In this document: one piece after another, positions 10,086-20,910 of the stretch
Layout of the letters: the number at the start of each line of letters is the position of its first letter
Position numbering within the stretch: the first letter of the stretch is position 1
Assembly: GCA_943787205.1 (NCBI GenBank)
Contig: CALSLN010000012.1
Location: forward strand, 189-64,188
Length of the DNA: 64,000 nucleotides
Source of the DNA: an uncultured Rhodospirillaceae bacterium
GTDB taxonomy: Bacteria > Pseudomonadota > Alphaproteobacteria > Rhodospirillales > Rhodospirillaceae
Direction: 5' to 3'
Made by a program: the position numbers and the translations under genes
Notes under the pieces: model-generated
The model's database searches: none
What the model saw: the letters and a program-made list of their open reading frames with translations, nothing else
Told to the model about the DNA's origin: nothing

Positions 10086-11509
10086 CTACATATGGATCGG
10101 GCGCTTGTGCACGGCTAAGGCCGCTTCCTTGATCGCTTCACCCAATTGCGGGTGGGCGTGACAGGTACGGCCGATATCTTCCGCTGAGGCGGTGAATTCC
10201 ATACCCAGCGAGACTTCCATAATCAGATCGCCAGCCAGCGGGCCAATGATGTGGCAGCCCAAGACTTCATCGGACTCCGCATCGGCTAGAATTTTCACAA
10301 AGCCATCCGTGTCGCCGTTGGCGCGGCGCGGGAGTTGGCGGTGAACGGGAATTTGCCGCTCTTATATTTCGTGCCTGCCTCTTTGAGTTGCTCTTCGGTT
10401 TTGCCGACGCCGGCCACTTCGGGCCAGGTGTAAACGACGGAGGCGATGGCATCGTAGTTGATGTGCGGTGTCAGGCCCGTGAGGGATTCGGCCACCACAA
10501 CGCCTTCGTCTTCCGCTTTGTGGGCCAGCATCATGCCGCCAATAACATCCCCAATGGCGAAGATGCCTTCCACATTGGTTTGGAAGTGATCGTCCACTTC
10601 AACAAAACCACGGTCCGTTAAATTAACGCCCGCTTTGTCCAGGCCGAGCCCTTGGGTGAAGGGGCGGCGGCCAATAGCCACCAGCACCACATCAGCCTTC
10701 AGGGTTTCCGCATCGCCGCCAGCGGCTGGTTCGACAGAGACGGTGGCGCCGGTCTTAGTGGCTTTGACGCCGGTAACTTTAGACCCGAGCTTAAACTTAA
10801 GGCCCTGCTTTTCGAGGATGCGCTGCATTTGCTTGCGCACTTCCGCATCCATCGGCGGCAGGATGAAATCGAGATACTCAACGACGGTGACATCAGCCCC
10901 GAGGCGACGCCAGACGGAGCCCATTTCCAGGCCAATCACACCGGCCCCGATAACCACCATGGACTTCGGCACCTTCTTGAGATCAAGCGCGCCGGTGGAA
11001 CTGACGATGGTTTTCTCATCAATGTCGACACCTGGCAGCGGTGTCACTTCAGAGCCCGTCGCGATGACAACATTCTTAGCGTTGATCTTCTGGGCTTTGC
11101 CTTTGCCGTCTGGCTTGACCGTAACTTCATGAGCGCCCAGCTCAGCTTTGGTGATGCTGCCCAAACCCTTGAAGTAATCGACCTTGTTTTTCTTGAACAG
11201 GAATTCGATGCCCTGGGTAAGTTCGGTGACGACAGTATCCTTGCGCGCCATCATGGTTTTGAGATCGAGCTTAACGTCGCCAACCTTAATACCGTGATCG
11301 GCAAAGTGGGTGTTCGCTTCGTCGTAGAAGTGAGAGGACTGCAACAATGCCTTGGATGGGATACAGCCTACGTTTAGGCATGTTCCGCCGAGAGCGCCGC
11401 GACTTTCGAAACAGGCTGTTTTCAAACCCAATTGAGCCGCGCGAATGGCGCAGACATAACCGCCGGGTCCGCCACCGATAATGATGACGTCGTATGAAGA
11501 GTCACTCAT
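10086..11509 (-). pseudogene. lpdA: dihydrolipoyl dehydrogenase (E3), one frame break near the 3' end
   Basis: [13 protein letters not shown] and [13 protein letters not shown] motifs are present. The C-terminal dimerisation piece (10086-10298) is in another frame, with the junction near 10295-10330. Confidence 0.9.
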
Positions 11510-11520
11510 GATTTTCTACC

Positions 11521-12762
11521 TTATACGTCGTAGAGCATGCGGGCTGGGTCTTCGAGGCACTGCTTAACGCGGACCAGGAAGGTGACAGCTTCACGCCCAT
11601 CAATGATGCGGTGATCGTAGGACAACGCGAGATACATCATAGGTCGCGCTTGGATCGAACCGTCCGGCATGACCATGGCGCGCTGCGTAATGTTGTGCAT
11701 GCCCAAGACCGCCGACTGCGGCGAATTCAGAATAGGCGTCGACATCATGGAGCCGTAGGTACCGCCGTTCGAAATGGTGAACGTGCCGCCGGTCATTTCT
11801 GCCATTGTGAGCTTGCCATCACGGGCCTTCATGCCGTAGCCGGAGATATCGGCTTCAATGGCGGCCAAATCTTTAAGGTCACAATCACGCACCACGGGAA
11901 CGACTAGACCAGTCGGCGTGCCGACAGCAACACCAATGTCGTAGTAGTTTTTGTAAACGATCTCATCGCCTTCGATGGCGCCATTCACAGCCGGGAGTTC
12001 TTTAAGTGCGGTGACACAAGCCTTCGTGAAGAAGGACATGAAACCCAATTTGATGCCGTTCTTTTTGACAAAGGCATCTTGATACTGTTTGCGGGCGTTC
12101 ATCACTGATGTCATGTCCACCTCGTTAAAGGTGGTCAGCATGGCGGCCGTGTTTTGCGCCTCTTTGAGTCGCGCTGCAATACTGCGACGCAGGCGAGTCA
12201 TCTTCACGCGTTCTTCACGCGGGCCACGATCCGGTACGGATGGGGCAACGACACCCTCGCCGCCAGATGCGACATATTTCAGAACGTCGCCCTTGGTCAG
12301 GCGGCCATTCTTGCCTGTGGCGGGAATGGTGTTGGGGTCGAGGTGATGCTCATCAACCAGGCGGCGCACCGATGGGGCCAATGGATATCCGGCGCCAAGC
12401 GAAGCTGCAGGCGCAGCAGCTGGGGCCGGTGCAGCGGCAGGCGCGGCAGCCTTAGGAGTCTCAGCTTTTTTAGGCTCTTCCTTCTTAGGTGCATCTTTCT
12501 TAGGGGCGGCGGCAGAGCCCGCAGCGCCTTCCGCCAAAACGGCGAGGATGGCACCGACTTCAACATCCGCGCCTTCTTCGGCGATGATTTCGCTGAGCGA
12601 CCCAGCGGCAGGCGAATTGACCTCTAAGGTCACTTTATCGGTTTCCAACTCAACCAACGGCTCGTCAAGCGCAACGGCTTCGCCGGGCTTCTTGAGCCAT
12701 TTGGCGACGGTGGCTTCGCTCACGGATTCGCCGAGCTGGGGCACTTTAATTTCTGTCGACAT
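11521..12762 (-). CDS. sucB: 2-oxoglutarate dehydrogenase E2, dihydrolipoyllysine succinyltransferase
   Basis: Lipoyl domain ([11 protein letters not shown]), Ala/Pro linker and catalytic DHRIIDG. The start is at [13 protein letters not shown], with GAGGAC upstream. Confidence 0.92.
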   Translation of the reverse strand: MSTEIKVPQLGESVSEATVAKWLKKPGEAVALDEPLVELETDKVTLEVNSPAAGSLSEIIAEEGADVEVGAILAVLAEGAAGSAAAPKKDAPKKEEPKKAETPKAAAPAAAPAPAAAPAASLGAGYPLAPSVRRLVDEHHLDPNTIPATGKNGRLTKGDVLKYVASGGEGVVAPSVPDRGPREERVKMTRLRRSIAARLKEAQNTAAMLTTFNEVDMTSVMNARKQYQDAFVKKNGIKLGFMSFFTKACVTALKELPAVNGAIEGDEIVYKNYYDIGVAVGTPTGLVVPVVRDCDLKDLAAIEADISGYGMKARDGKLTMAEMTGGTFTISNGGTYGSMMSTPILNSPQSAVLGMHNITQRAMVMPDGSIQARPMMYLALSYDHRIIDGREAVTFLVRVKQCLEDPARMLYDV

Positions 12763-12787
12763 AGCGTCCTCGGTCCTAACGGATGGG

Positions 12788-15703
12788 TTATTCAGCAGCC
12801 AGTTTTGTGGGGCGGCGGAAGGGTTGAGGGATGTCATCAAGCGGCGTATTCAACGCCCACTCGACCAACTGATTCTGTTCGTTAACGTGGACTTTCATGA
12901 AGCCCGTTGCCGGCGATGCTGCCGGGAGACGCCCGGCATAAACCGGCCGCTTGGCCTTGATATTAATGTCTTCCAGCGCGTACTCGATGCGGCGATCGAC
13001 AAAGGTCCAGCTGCCCATGTTGGCCGGCTCTTCCTGGCACCACACAACTTCAGCGTTCTTGTATTTCTTAAGCTCTTTGTTGAGCGTGTCTTTTGGCCAT
13101 GGGTACAATTGCTCGACCCGGACGATAGCGACATCTTTAATGCCAGCGTCTTCACGCGCTTGCAGAAGATCGTAATACACCTTGCCGGTGCACATCACGA
13201 CGCGGCGGACTTTATCGGCAGCGCCAATTTTTTCGGTCTCGCCGATAACGCGCTGGAACTGCGACTTCGCATTCATGGTCAGTAAGCGGGCTGACACAAC
13301 GCTTATGACGTAACAACGACTTCGGCGTCATGATCACCAATGGCTTACGGAAATCTCGGCGCACCTGACGACGCAAGGCATGGAAATAGTTGGCCGGTGT
13401 GGTGATGTTGCAGACTTGCCAATTGTCGTTGCCGCACATTTGCAAGTAGCGCTCAAACCGGGCGGATGAGTGTTCTGGCCCTTGTCCTTCGTAGCCATGC
13501 GGCAAGAGAAGAACCAGACCCGACAGACGCAGCCATTTGCTTTCACCAGACGAGATAAACTGGTCGATGATCATTTGAGCAGCGTTGGAGAAATCACCGA
13601 ACTGCGCTTCCCACATCACCAAAGCGTGCGGTTCCGTCAGCGAGTAGCCGTACTCAAACCCGACGATGGAAAGTTCTGATAAGGGACTATCGATGACTTC
13701 GAAGAAGGCCTGGTCTTTGCGAATGTTGTTCAGCATGACGTGGCGCTCTTCGGACTTTTGATCGACCAACGACGCGTGACGTTGCGAGAACGTGCCGCGG
13801 CGGCAATCCTGACCCGAAAGGCGCACTGGCGCGCCTTCAACCAGCAGCGTCCCGAAGGCCAAAGCTTCCGCGGTTGACCAATCAATTCCCTCGCCACTGT
13901 CGATGGCTTTGCGTTTGGCTTTGAGCTGACGCGCGATCTTAGAGTTCACCTTAAAGTCATCAGGCACGGATGAAATTACGTGGCCGACTTCTTTGAGAAC
14001 TTTGTCTGTGACGCCCGTCGCGTGCTCTTGATATTCTTCCTCGCCAGCCAGCTGATCGAGGCCTTTCCATGCGCCTTCCAACCAGTCTGCTTTGTTGGGG
14101 CGGTAGGACGACGCGGATTCAAAATCCACTTCCATCATGTGGAGGAACTGGCTCATCTGCATGTCGGCCTGTTCTTGCGTCATCGTGCCTTCAGCGACCA
14201 GCTTATCGGCATACACCGTGCGGGCTGTAGGGTGGCCGCCAATACGGTCGTACATCAAGGGCTGAGTGAACTTAGGCTCGTCACCTTCGTTATGACCGTG
14301 ACGACGGTAGCAAACGAGATCAAGCACAACGTCGACACCAAACTCCTGACGGAATTCCGTGGCAATGCGGGCACAGTGAACGACGGCTTCCGCGTCATCG
14401 CCATTCACATGGAAGATTGGTGCTTCCACCATTTTAGCAATGTCGGTGCAATACAAACCGGAGCGGCTGTACTGCGGCGTCGTGGTGAAGCCGATCTGAT
14501 TATTAATAACAAAGTGAATGGTGCCGCCAGTTGTGTAGCCCTCAATTTGTGAGAACCCAAAACACTCCGCAATCACACCTTGGCCAGCAAAGGCCGCATC
14601 GCCATGCAGCAACAAGCCCATGACCTGCTTACGGTCCACGTCTTTCATTTGCTCTTGCTTAGCGCGCACTTTGCCGAGAACCACTGGGTCGACGACCTCA
14701 AGGTGAGACGGGTTGGCGGTCAACGAGAGGTGAACGTTGTTGCCATCAAACTCACGGTCCGCAGACGTACCGAGGTGATACTTAACGTCTCCAGAACCTT
14801 CGACATCGTCCGGGTTTGAGGAGTTGCCCTGGAACTCAGAGAAGATTGCCGTGAACGGCTTGTGCATTACGTTGACGAGAATATTCAATCGGCCACGGTG
14901 CGCCATGCCAAGCACGACCTGCGAGATGCCGAGCTTACCGCCGACCTTGAGAATTTGCTCGATGGCCGGGACAGACGCCTCACCGCCATCTAATCCAAAA
15001 CGTTTAGTGCCCGTGTATTTCGTGCCAAGGAATTTCTCGAACCCTTCTGCTTCAGTAAGGCGTTCGAGAATCGCTTTTTTACCGTTGTCAGAAAAATCTG
15101 TCTGATTGCGCTCGCTTTCGATGCGCTTCTGCAACCAGTACTTCTGATCCGGGTCTTGGACATGAGTAAATTCGACACCGATAGAACCACAGTAGGTGTC
15201 TTTAAGAATTTGCAGCATCTGCCGAGGCGTCGCGTGATCCATACCCATCACGCCGCCGAGGTAAATCTCTCGATCCATGTCAGCTTCGTCGAAGCCGTGA
15301 ACCTTGGGATCAAGCTCTGGGTGCAATTCTTGCTCTTGTAAGTTCAAAGGATCGAGGTTGGCAATCTGATGGCCACGCGCCCGATAGGCCCTGATCAATT
15401 GCAAGGCGTGTATGGAGTCTTCAGTTTGTTTGAGGAGGTCAGCCTGATTGACAGCAGGCCCCTTGCCCTTACCCGAAGGCTTTTTTGGCGACCGGCATCT
15501 TCATCAGCCGCACCAATGACGGTCGCTTCCGATGGCGCCCAACTGGCTCCATCAAGCCCCCCTAGAAGATCATCAGCCTCGTCACCCAGATCCTTAAAGA
15601 ACGCCGTCCAGGACGGGTCTACGGAAGATGGGGCACGCAAGTACTGAGCATAAAGTTCTGCGACGAACGTAGCGTTCGCGCCAGTCAGGAATGTGGGGTC
15701 CAC
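12788..15703 (-). pseudogene. sucA: 2-oxoglutarate dehydrogenase E1, two frame breaks
   Basis: Three colinear pieces: 15395-15781, 13212-15404 and 12788-13297. The N-terminus reads DPTFLTGANATFVAELY. The GTG start at 15703 is tentative, and the ORF is open up to 15781. Confidence 0.9.
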
Positions 15704-15973
15704 GGCGTATCTGTCCCTCGGTGAAACAACCGACCCAAGAGGGCCGACTTCCTCTCTCTCTAAGCTTTTTAGACGAAACAAAGGGTTAAAACAACGCGTA
15801 CCGACGGTAACTTACCGTGACAAAAGGATAATTTGGCTTCGATTCCAGTTCAAAAGGATAGCAACCAGATGCCCCTCTACTCGGATCATCGCCCCGCACC
15901 TAACCTAGGCCATCGCACAAACAGACGAGAGAGCCGCACTTTTGCGGCAAATAATCGATATTCGGAGGGCAAT

Positions 15974-16360
15974 ATGGCCAATTTGTTGGAACGCGTGGGT
16001 GGGCAAGAGGCTGTAAATGCAGCGGTGCACCTCTTTTATGCCAAAGTCTTGGCAGATTCTGAGTTAGCGCCGTTCTTTAAGGACAGCAACATGGAGCGCC
16101 AACACCGATCGCAGGCAAAATTCCTGGCCAACGTTATGGATGGGTCTGCTACGAACGTCGAAACCTACATGCGAAACGCCCACCGCCCCTTTATCGAGAA
16201 GATGAACCTGAACGAGATCCACTTTGGACGTGTTGCCGGCCACTTGGCTGCGACTCTAGAAGAGCTTGGCGTGGATGCGGAAACTAATGGTGAAATCTTA
16301 ACCGCTGTGGCCAGCCTGCAAGACTTCGTTCTAGACCGCACCGTCGCGGTCGCCGCCTAG
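15974..16360 (+). CDS. group 1 truncated hemoglobin (trHbN-like)
   Basis: MANLLERVGGQEAVNAAVHLFYAKVLAD...FF is a typical trHb N-terminus. The protein is 128 aa, with GGAGGG 4 nt upstream of the ATG. Confidence 0.8.
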   Translation: MANLLERVGGQEAVNAAVHLFYAKVLADSELAPFFKDSNMERQHRSQAKFLANVMDGSATNVETYMRNAHRPFIEKMNLNEIHFGRVAGHLAATLEELGVDAETNGEILTAVASLQDFVLDRTVAVAA

Positions 16361-16364
16361 GGCT

Positions 16365-17039
16365 TTATTCAGCAGCAATGATTTCTTGGCCGCCATCATT
16401 AATTTTAGCGATGGTTTCATCGACCGTCAGAACCTGACCAAAGGCGAGGCGGATGGCGGCCAAAGTTGCATCTTTAATCTCTTCAGCAGATAGGCCCTGC
16501 ATACCGTGGTTGCCCGTCCCGTCAGATAAGAAGAAGACCTTGTAGTCTCTTTGATTCGCTTCGCGCGCCGTTGTGTCGCAACACACATTGGTGGCGATGC
16601 CGCCAATGATAACCGCCTCGATATTGTTGGTCCGCAAGATGAGGTCCAAATCCGTCCCGGTGAACGAACCGTAGCGCGGCTTAGACAGCAAGACATCGCT
16701 AGGCTCGACTTCAAGGGACTCATGGAGTTTGGCCGCGTCAGAACCCGCGGTAATCCCGCCTTTCCGGTTGGTGCCCGTGCTTTGCAGATAGGCGGTGACA
16801 ATCTCAGACGCAATACCGCGATTAGCCCCGTCGGCGCGTATTTCATTGATGGTGTGAATGACCATCATGCCGTGATCCCGACAGACACGAGAGAGCTTGT
16901 TCAGACGTTGAACAACCTCAGGACCATCAGTCGCAGAGATGTCAAAGCCTTCGACAAAAATATTTTGTAGATCGACATTGATCAACGCCGTGCGCGCTGG
17001 ATCGATAGGCCAATCAATCATCGACATCGTCCACATCAA
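16365..17039 (-). CDS. isochorismatase-family cysteine hydrolase
   Basis: ALINVDLQN (Asp), KPRYGSF (Lys) and GIATNVCCDTTAREA (Cys) form the triad signature. The true start may be one of the internal Met codons at 17021-17027. Confidence 0.8.
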   Translation of the reverse strand: MMWTMSMIDWPIDPARTALINVDLQNIFVEGFDISATDGPEVVQRLNKLSRVCRDHGMMVIHTINEIRADGANRGIASEIVTAYLQSTGTNRKGGITAGSDAAKLHESLEVEPSDVLLSKPRYGSFTGTDLDLILRTNNIEAVIIGGIATNVCCDTTAREANQRDYKVFFLSDGTGNHGMQGLSAEEIKDATLAAIRLAFGQVLTVDETIAKINDGGQEIIAAE

Positions 17040-17430
17040 TCTGACCGGTCACCTTGCGACGGAAGATCGAGAAAGACATGCCCACAGCCAAGATGGTTGC
17101 GGCTGCAATCAGTGCAATCCAAGCCACAAGAGAAACGCTATCGAGCGACAAGAGGCCGAAGTCGACCAGCACCCAAATAATCGCCGCAAAGAAGGCGACG
17201 GACAATCCAACACCAAATGGCCCCAGAGACTCCCATGTGGCATGGATAACAAATGCATAAGCCGCTAATAGCACGATGCCGGCCAGCACTTTCATCGGCA
17301 GCCCTCCGCCGCCGCCTATGACCCAAGCATAGTAAGAGACACCCGTTGGGTTAAACGTCGCCATCACCAGGACAAGGCACAAGGCCCAGCGCCAGAGAAA
17401 CCCTTTACCCGAAAAACTGTCATCCGCCAT
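17014..17430 (-). CDS. small integral membrane protein (about 4 TM segments), unknown function
   Basis: Hydrophobic segments run throughout and the C-terminus is acidic (DVDDVDD). Its 3' end overlaps or abuts the isochorismatase-family gene. Confidence 0.55.
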   Translation of the reverse strand: MADDSFSGKGFLWRWALCLVLVMATFNPTGVSYYAWVIGGGGGLPMKVLAGIVLLAAYAFVIHATWESLGPFGVGLSVAFFAAIIWVLVDFGLLSLDSVSLVAWIALIAAATILAVGMSFSIFRRKVTGQIDVDDVDD

Positions 17431-17836
17431 TTCAACATCCTCCCCCTTTGATATAGGCGTAAGCTTAACGCCAGAGGTTCAGAGTGGATAGAGGCGAAGG
17501 CGTCATTTGGACCCCACACGACTGCGAAGCCGTCCCGTTCAGCACGTACCCACTTTGGAAACGGTTCATGGTGCGCGCGCCTTTTTGGCGTAAAGACAGC
17601 ACACTCGACACATCAGAAAATTTAGATTTCACGGAATGGTCTAGTGTTGACCGACACGTTCAAAACTTTTTCTCAGAAGACGGTTTCCTCTGCGCGTCGC
17701 CCCCCTTTAATCATCCGCAATTTAGCGATCACCCAGCCCATTCAGGAAGCTTGCCAGCCGCTTTTTGATCGTATAAACCTCAGGTTGGAATACACCTATA
17801 ACGATTCAATTTACCAAAAGAATTGCTTTAATTGTA

Positions 17837-18076
17837 ATGGATCATCTCACTAGAATCCCTGAAATTTGTACCGTCAGCGAAGCGGCAAACGTCCTACGGC
17901 TCAGTTTTGGGAATGCACAAGAGGTCGCCGAATTTCGGCGGCTGGTCTGTGAGAACGCAGGCGATCAGACCTGCGCAACGTTCTGGGATGACGTCAGTAA
18001 ACACATCTTAAAACTGGATCAGGAAGACGCTACCAGAACAGTGGTCAGAGAGACCCAAGTCAGCGTCAGTCTGTGA
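17837..18076 (+). CDS. hypothetical protein (79 aa)
   Basis: ORF only, with no recognisable motif. It is convergent with the MBL hydrolase gene. Confidence 0.25.
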   Translation: MDHLTRIPEICTVSEAANVLRLSFGNAQEVAEFRRLVCENAGDQTCATFWDDVSKHILKLDQEDATRTVVRETQVSVSL

Positions 18077-18079
18077 GAC

Positions 18080-18964
18080 TTAATCTTTTTCGACCGTCTC
18101 GAAATCGTAGCCCTTTGCATCACCGGTGATACGAACAGCCGTCGGTGTTCCAAAGTGCGCTGGCATGACCAGAGAGTCTGTTTCAGCCACGGTATTCAAA
18201 AACTCTTTGCGTGTAATGCGAGACAAACCAGGGTCGGAGCAAAAACTACTCGACCACTCTGGATGCTCAATTTGGAGAGGGTGATGGATCGTATCGCCGA
18301 TGAGATAGGCACGCTCTTTGCCATCACTGACATGTAAGATCACGTTGCCCGGTGTATGCCCTGGCGCCGGGATAAGATGAATCCCAGGCTCAATTTCATA
18401 ATCTGAATCGACTATGAGCGCCTGACCCGCGTCTAGAATCGGTTGGACACTATCGCCCCACGACCGGTGGTTCGCAGGCTTGTCTGACGTTTCACGCACC
18501 TCGGCCCAGTGCTCAACTTCAGTGCGCGCCATCAGATACTTGGCATTGGGAAAAGTCGGCACCCAACGCCCATCAAGAAGTTTGGTGTTCCAGCCAACAT
18601 GGTCAGCATGGAGATGGGTACACAAAACAAAGTCGATACTTTCAGCTGGCACGCCGGCCGCCGCAAGGTCTGCCAAGAATGGTCCGGTACGCTGATGCCA
18701 ATCCAACAACTCGGGTCGCTCTTTGTCATTACCGATACAGGTGTCGACAAGAATGTTGTGGCGTGGCGTCTTAATCACCAACGTATGGAAGGACATGACC
18801 AGCTTGTGAGTTTCGGCATTGTAGAACCGAGGGTCAGCGGCAACTTTAGACGCACGAACAGCGTCTTCAGTGGCGTCCGGGAAAAGAAAATCTGGGACGC
18901 GAAACGCGCCCTCCATTTCTACGACACGTACAATGTCAAAAGGTCCTGGGAGATGCATGCCCAC
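18080..18964 (-). CDS. MBL-fold metallo-hydrolase
   Basis: HxHxDH motif (THLHADHVGW) plus downstream His/Asp ligands (APGHTPG, GDTIHH). Confidence 0.85.
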   Translation of the reverse strand: MGMHLPGPFDIVRVVEMEGAFRVPDFLFPDATEDAVRASKVAADPRFYNAETHKLVMSFHTLVIKTPRHNILVDTCIGNDKERPELLDWHQRTGPFLADLAAAGVPAESIDFVLCTHLHADHVGWNTKLLDGRWVPTFPNAKYLMARTEVEHWAEVRETSDKPANHRSWGDSVQPILDAGQALIVDSDYEIEPGIHLIPAPGHTPGNVILHVSDGKERAYLIGDTIHHPLQIEHPEWSSSFCSDPGLSRITRKEFLNTVAETDSLVMPAHFGTPTAVRITGDAKGYDFETVEKD

Positions 18965-18997
18965 ATCAAAGACCGAAGAGACCGGCCTGTCTAGAGC

Positions 18998-19606
18998 CTA
19001 AGGTGCGCTACTCGGCTGACGAACCATCGTCCAGATCGGCAGGTTCGACGGCAAGGAGAATTGTGCCGTCACTTCAAAGCCATGCTTTTCATAAAATCGG
19101 ACGTTGCTCTCAGAGAGTGTGTCGAGAAACACGGACTGTCCTGAACGATCACAGCGTTCAAGACCGTGCTTAAGTAAAGCGGACCCAACACCCGTTCGAC
19201 CGTAGGCCGGGTCAACGCCAAGGACATCAAGATACCAATGTGGATCTTGCGGGCGATGCCGTTCGATGAGCGGGATAACACTCATCACGTCCGTAAACTT
19301 CTGTCCGGCTAAACGCCAAAGGACAAAAGGAACCTGGAAGCGACTCAACATGCCACCGCCTGGCTTTTCAGGCGACAGCCACAGAGCCGCGCCATGCCCG
19401 CCATCGACTGTATCCGCGTAGCCGTCTCTCCGAATCAATTTGATATAAGAGTTGAAGTACTTGGGGGCCTTCTTCGACCACGCTTCAGCATCGGGCACCA
19501 TCCATTGATGGAATGGCTCGCGGGCAAACGCTTTCACCATGGCTTGCGCCATTTGCGGCACATCTTTCTTAGTCGCCGGGCGGGGGAAAGCAGTCGATTC
19601 GTTCAA
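18998..19606 (-). CDS. GNAT family N-acetyltransferase
   Basis: Acetyl-CoA motif A (YGRTGVGSALLKHGLE) and C-terminal FYEKHGFEV. Confidence 0.8.
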   Translation of the reverse strand: MNESTAFPRPATKKDVPQMAQAMVKAFAREPFHQWMVPDAEAWSKKAPKYFNSYIKLIRRDGYADTVDGGHGAALWLSPEKPGGGMLSRFQVPFVLWRLAGQKFTDVMSVIPLIERHRPQDPHWYLDVLGVDPAYGRTGVGSALLKHGLERCDRSGQSVFLDTLSESNVRFYEKHGFEVTAQFSLPSNLPIWTMVRQPSSAP

Positions 19607-19921
19607 AATGTCTTCTCCGGCAAGAGTCTGCGGCTATTTTGCAGACGGGGGAAACATGCGGCCTTCTTAGGGCTTTCGCCTTGATTTAGCCAGACAAAGC
19701 CAGCGTTGATCGAGAAAAAAAACCGTTATCCCAATGACTTAGGCGGTATCTCGTTAGAGCACCGGATTATCGCCATATGCGAGAGTCCTCCGGCTTGTAA
19801 CTTATGGTTTAGCGCTCACTCACCCCCAGAAATACACATTCGACTCAAAATAATGAGTGTGGCTATAGTTAGCAGTCGAAATTAATAATGTGCGACAGGT
19901 TCCCAGAAAGGGACGCAGGTC

Positions 19922-20819
19922 ATGTTGGAACAGACAGCGATTCAAGGCGTAGATTTCTACCTAGGCGACCCCAAAGAGGGGGGCGCGTAAGGGCCTTGCC
20001 TCTATGCTGCGTGGCATGGGCATGAAGAACATTAAAGCCTTCGATAACGCCAACGACCTTCTCGGCGCTGTTAAAGTTCGCTCCCCTGATGTCTTGCTCA
20101 TCTCCTCAGATATTCACCAAGACGTCTTCAAGTTTCTCAAAGGCATTCGCGAACAGGATATTGGCCTGAACCCGTTTACTGTCATTTCCGTGATGATTGA
20201 GCGTGACAATGAACGCCAACTCAACGGTGCCATGAAATCCGGGGCAGATGACATCATGACCGACATCCCCGCCGCCGGGCAGGTGATGGACCGAATGGAA
20301 AAAATCGCCTTCAAGCGTCTACCGTTCATCGCCATGCCAGATTACATCGGCCCTGACCGGCGCGCCGCCGAGCAGCGCAAAGCAAAGCTGCCTGTGTTTG
20401 ATGCGATCAACACGCTAAAAGACAAGATCGAAGGGCGGCCCAGCTCACCCGCGCAGTTAGAAGCCGACATTGCAGATATGATGCATGAGGTTCGGGCAGC
20501 ACAACTAGAAGGCTACAGCCACAAGCTAGGCTTCCTGTGCAATCGAGTCATCAAAGCCTACGAGCTTGAGCAGCCTGTAGATGAAATTGATAAGACACTG
20601 CGCATCTTGCAAAGGTCTTTGAACAAGGCCGCAACAACAGCGCAAAAAAGCAAAGAAGCGGCCCTATCAGAGGTTTGCACGAGCTTCGCCGATAAGATCG
20701 ATAGCATCTTTTCTGAAAGCAACCGGCCGACGGAGCGTGAACTTAAACTGCTGAAGACACTGACCCGCGCGTACCAAATGGCGCGCGAAAACATCTCCGG
20801 CGCCGCTACCCCTCACTAG
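19922..20819 (+). pseudogene. degenerate receiver-domain protein with helical C-terminal domain, one frame break
   Basis: The ATG at 19922 opens a short ORF that joins 20004-20819 if one G is removed from the run in GAGGGGGGC near 19975. It has a CheY-like fold pattern with a degenerate acidic pocket, then a YIGPDRR motif. Confidence 0.55.
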
Positions 20820-20856
20820 TACGCGGCACGAACCTCAATTCAAAACCTAGACAAAG

Positions 20857-20891
20857 AAAAACCCCGCTCGGCCAGGCCGAACGGGGTTTTT
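20857..20891. terminator. bidirectional rho-independent terminator
   Basis: AAAAA-CCCCGCTCGGCC-A-GGCCGAACGGGG-TTTTT lies between the convergent genes ending at 20819 (+) and 20911 (-). Confidence 0.8.
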
Positions 20892-20910
20892 CGTAATTGT
20901 ATTTATAGGC

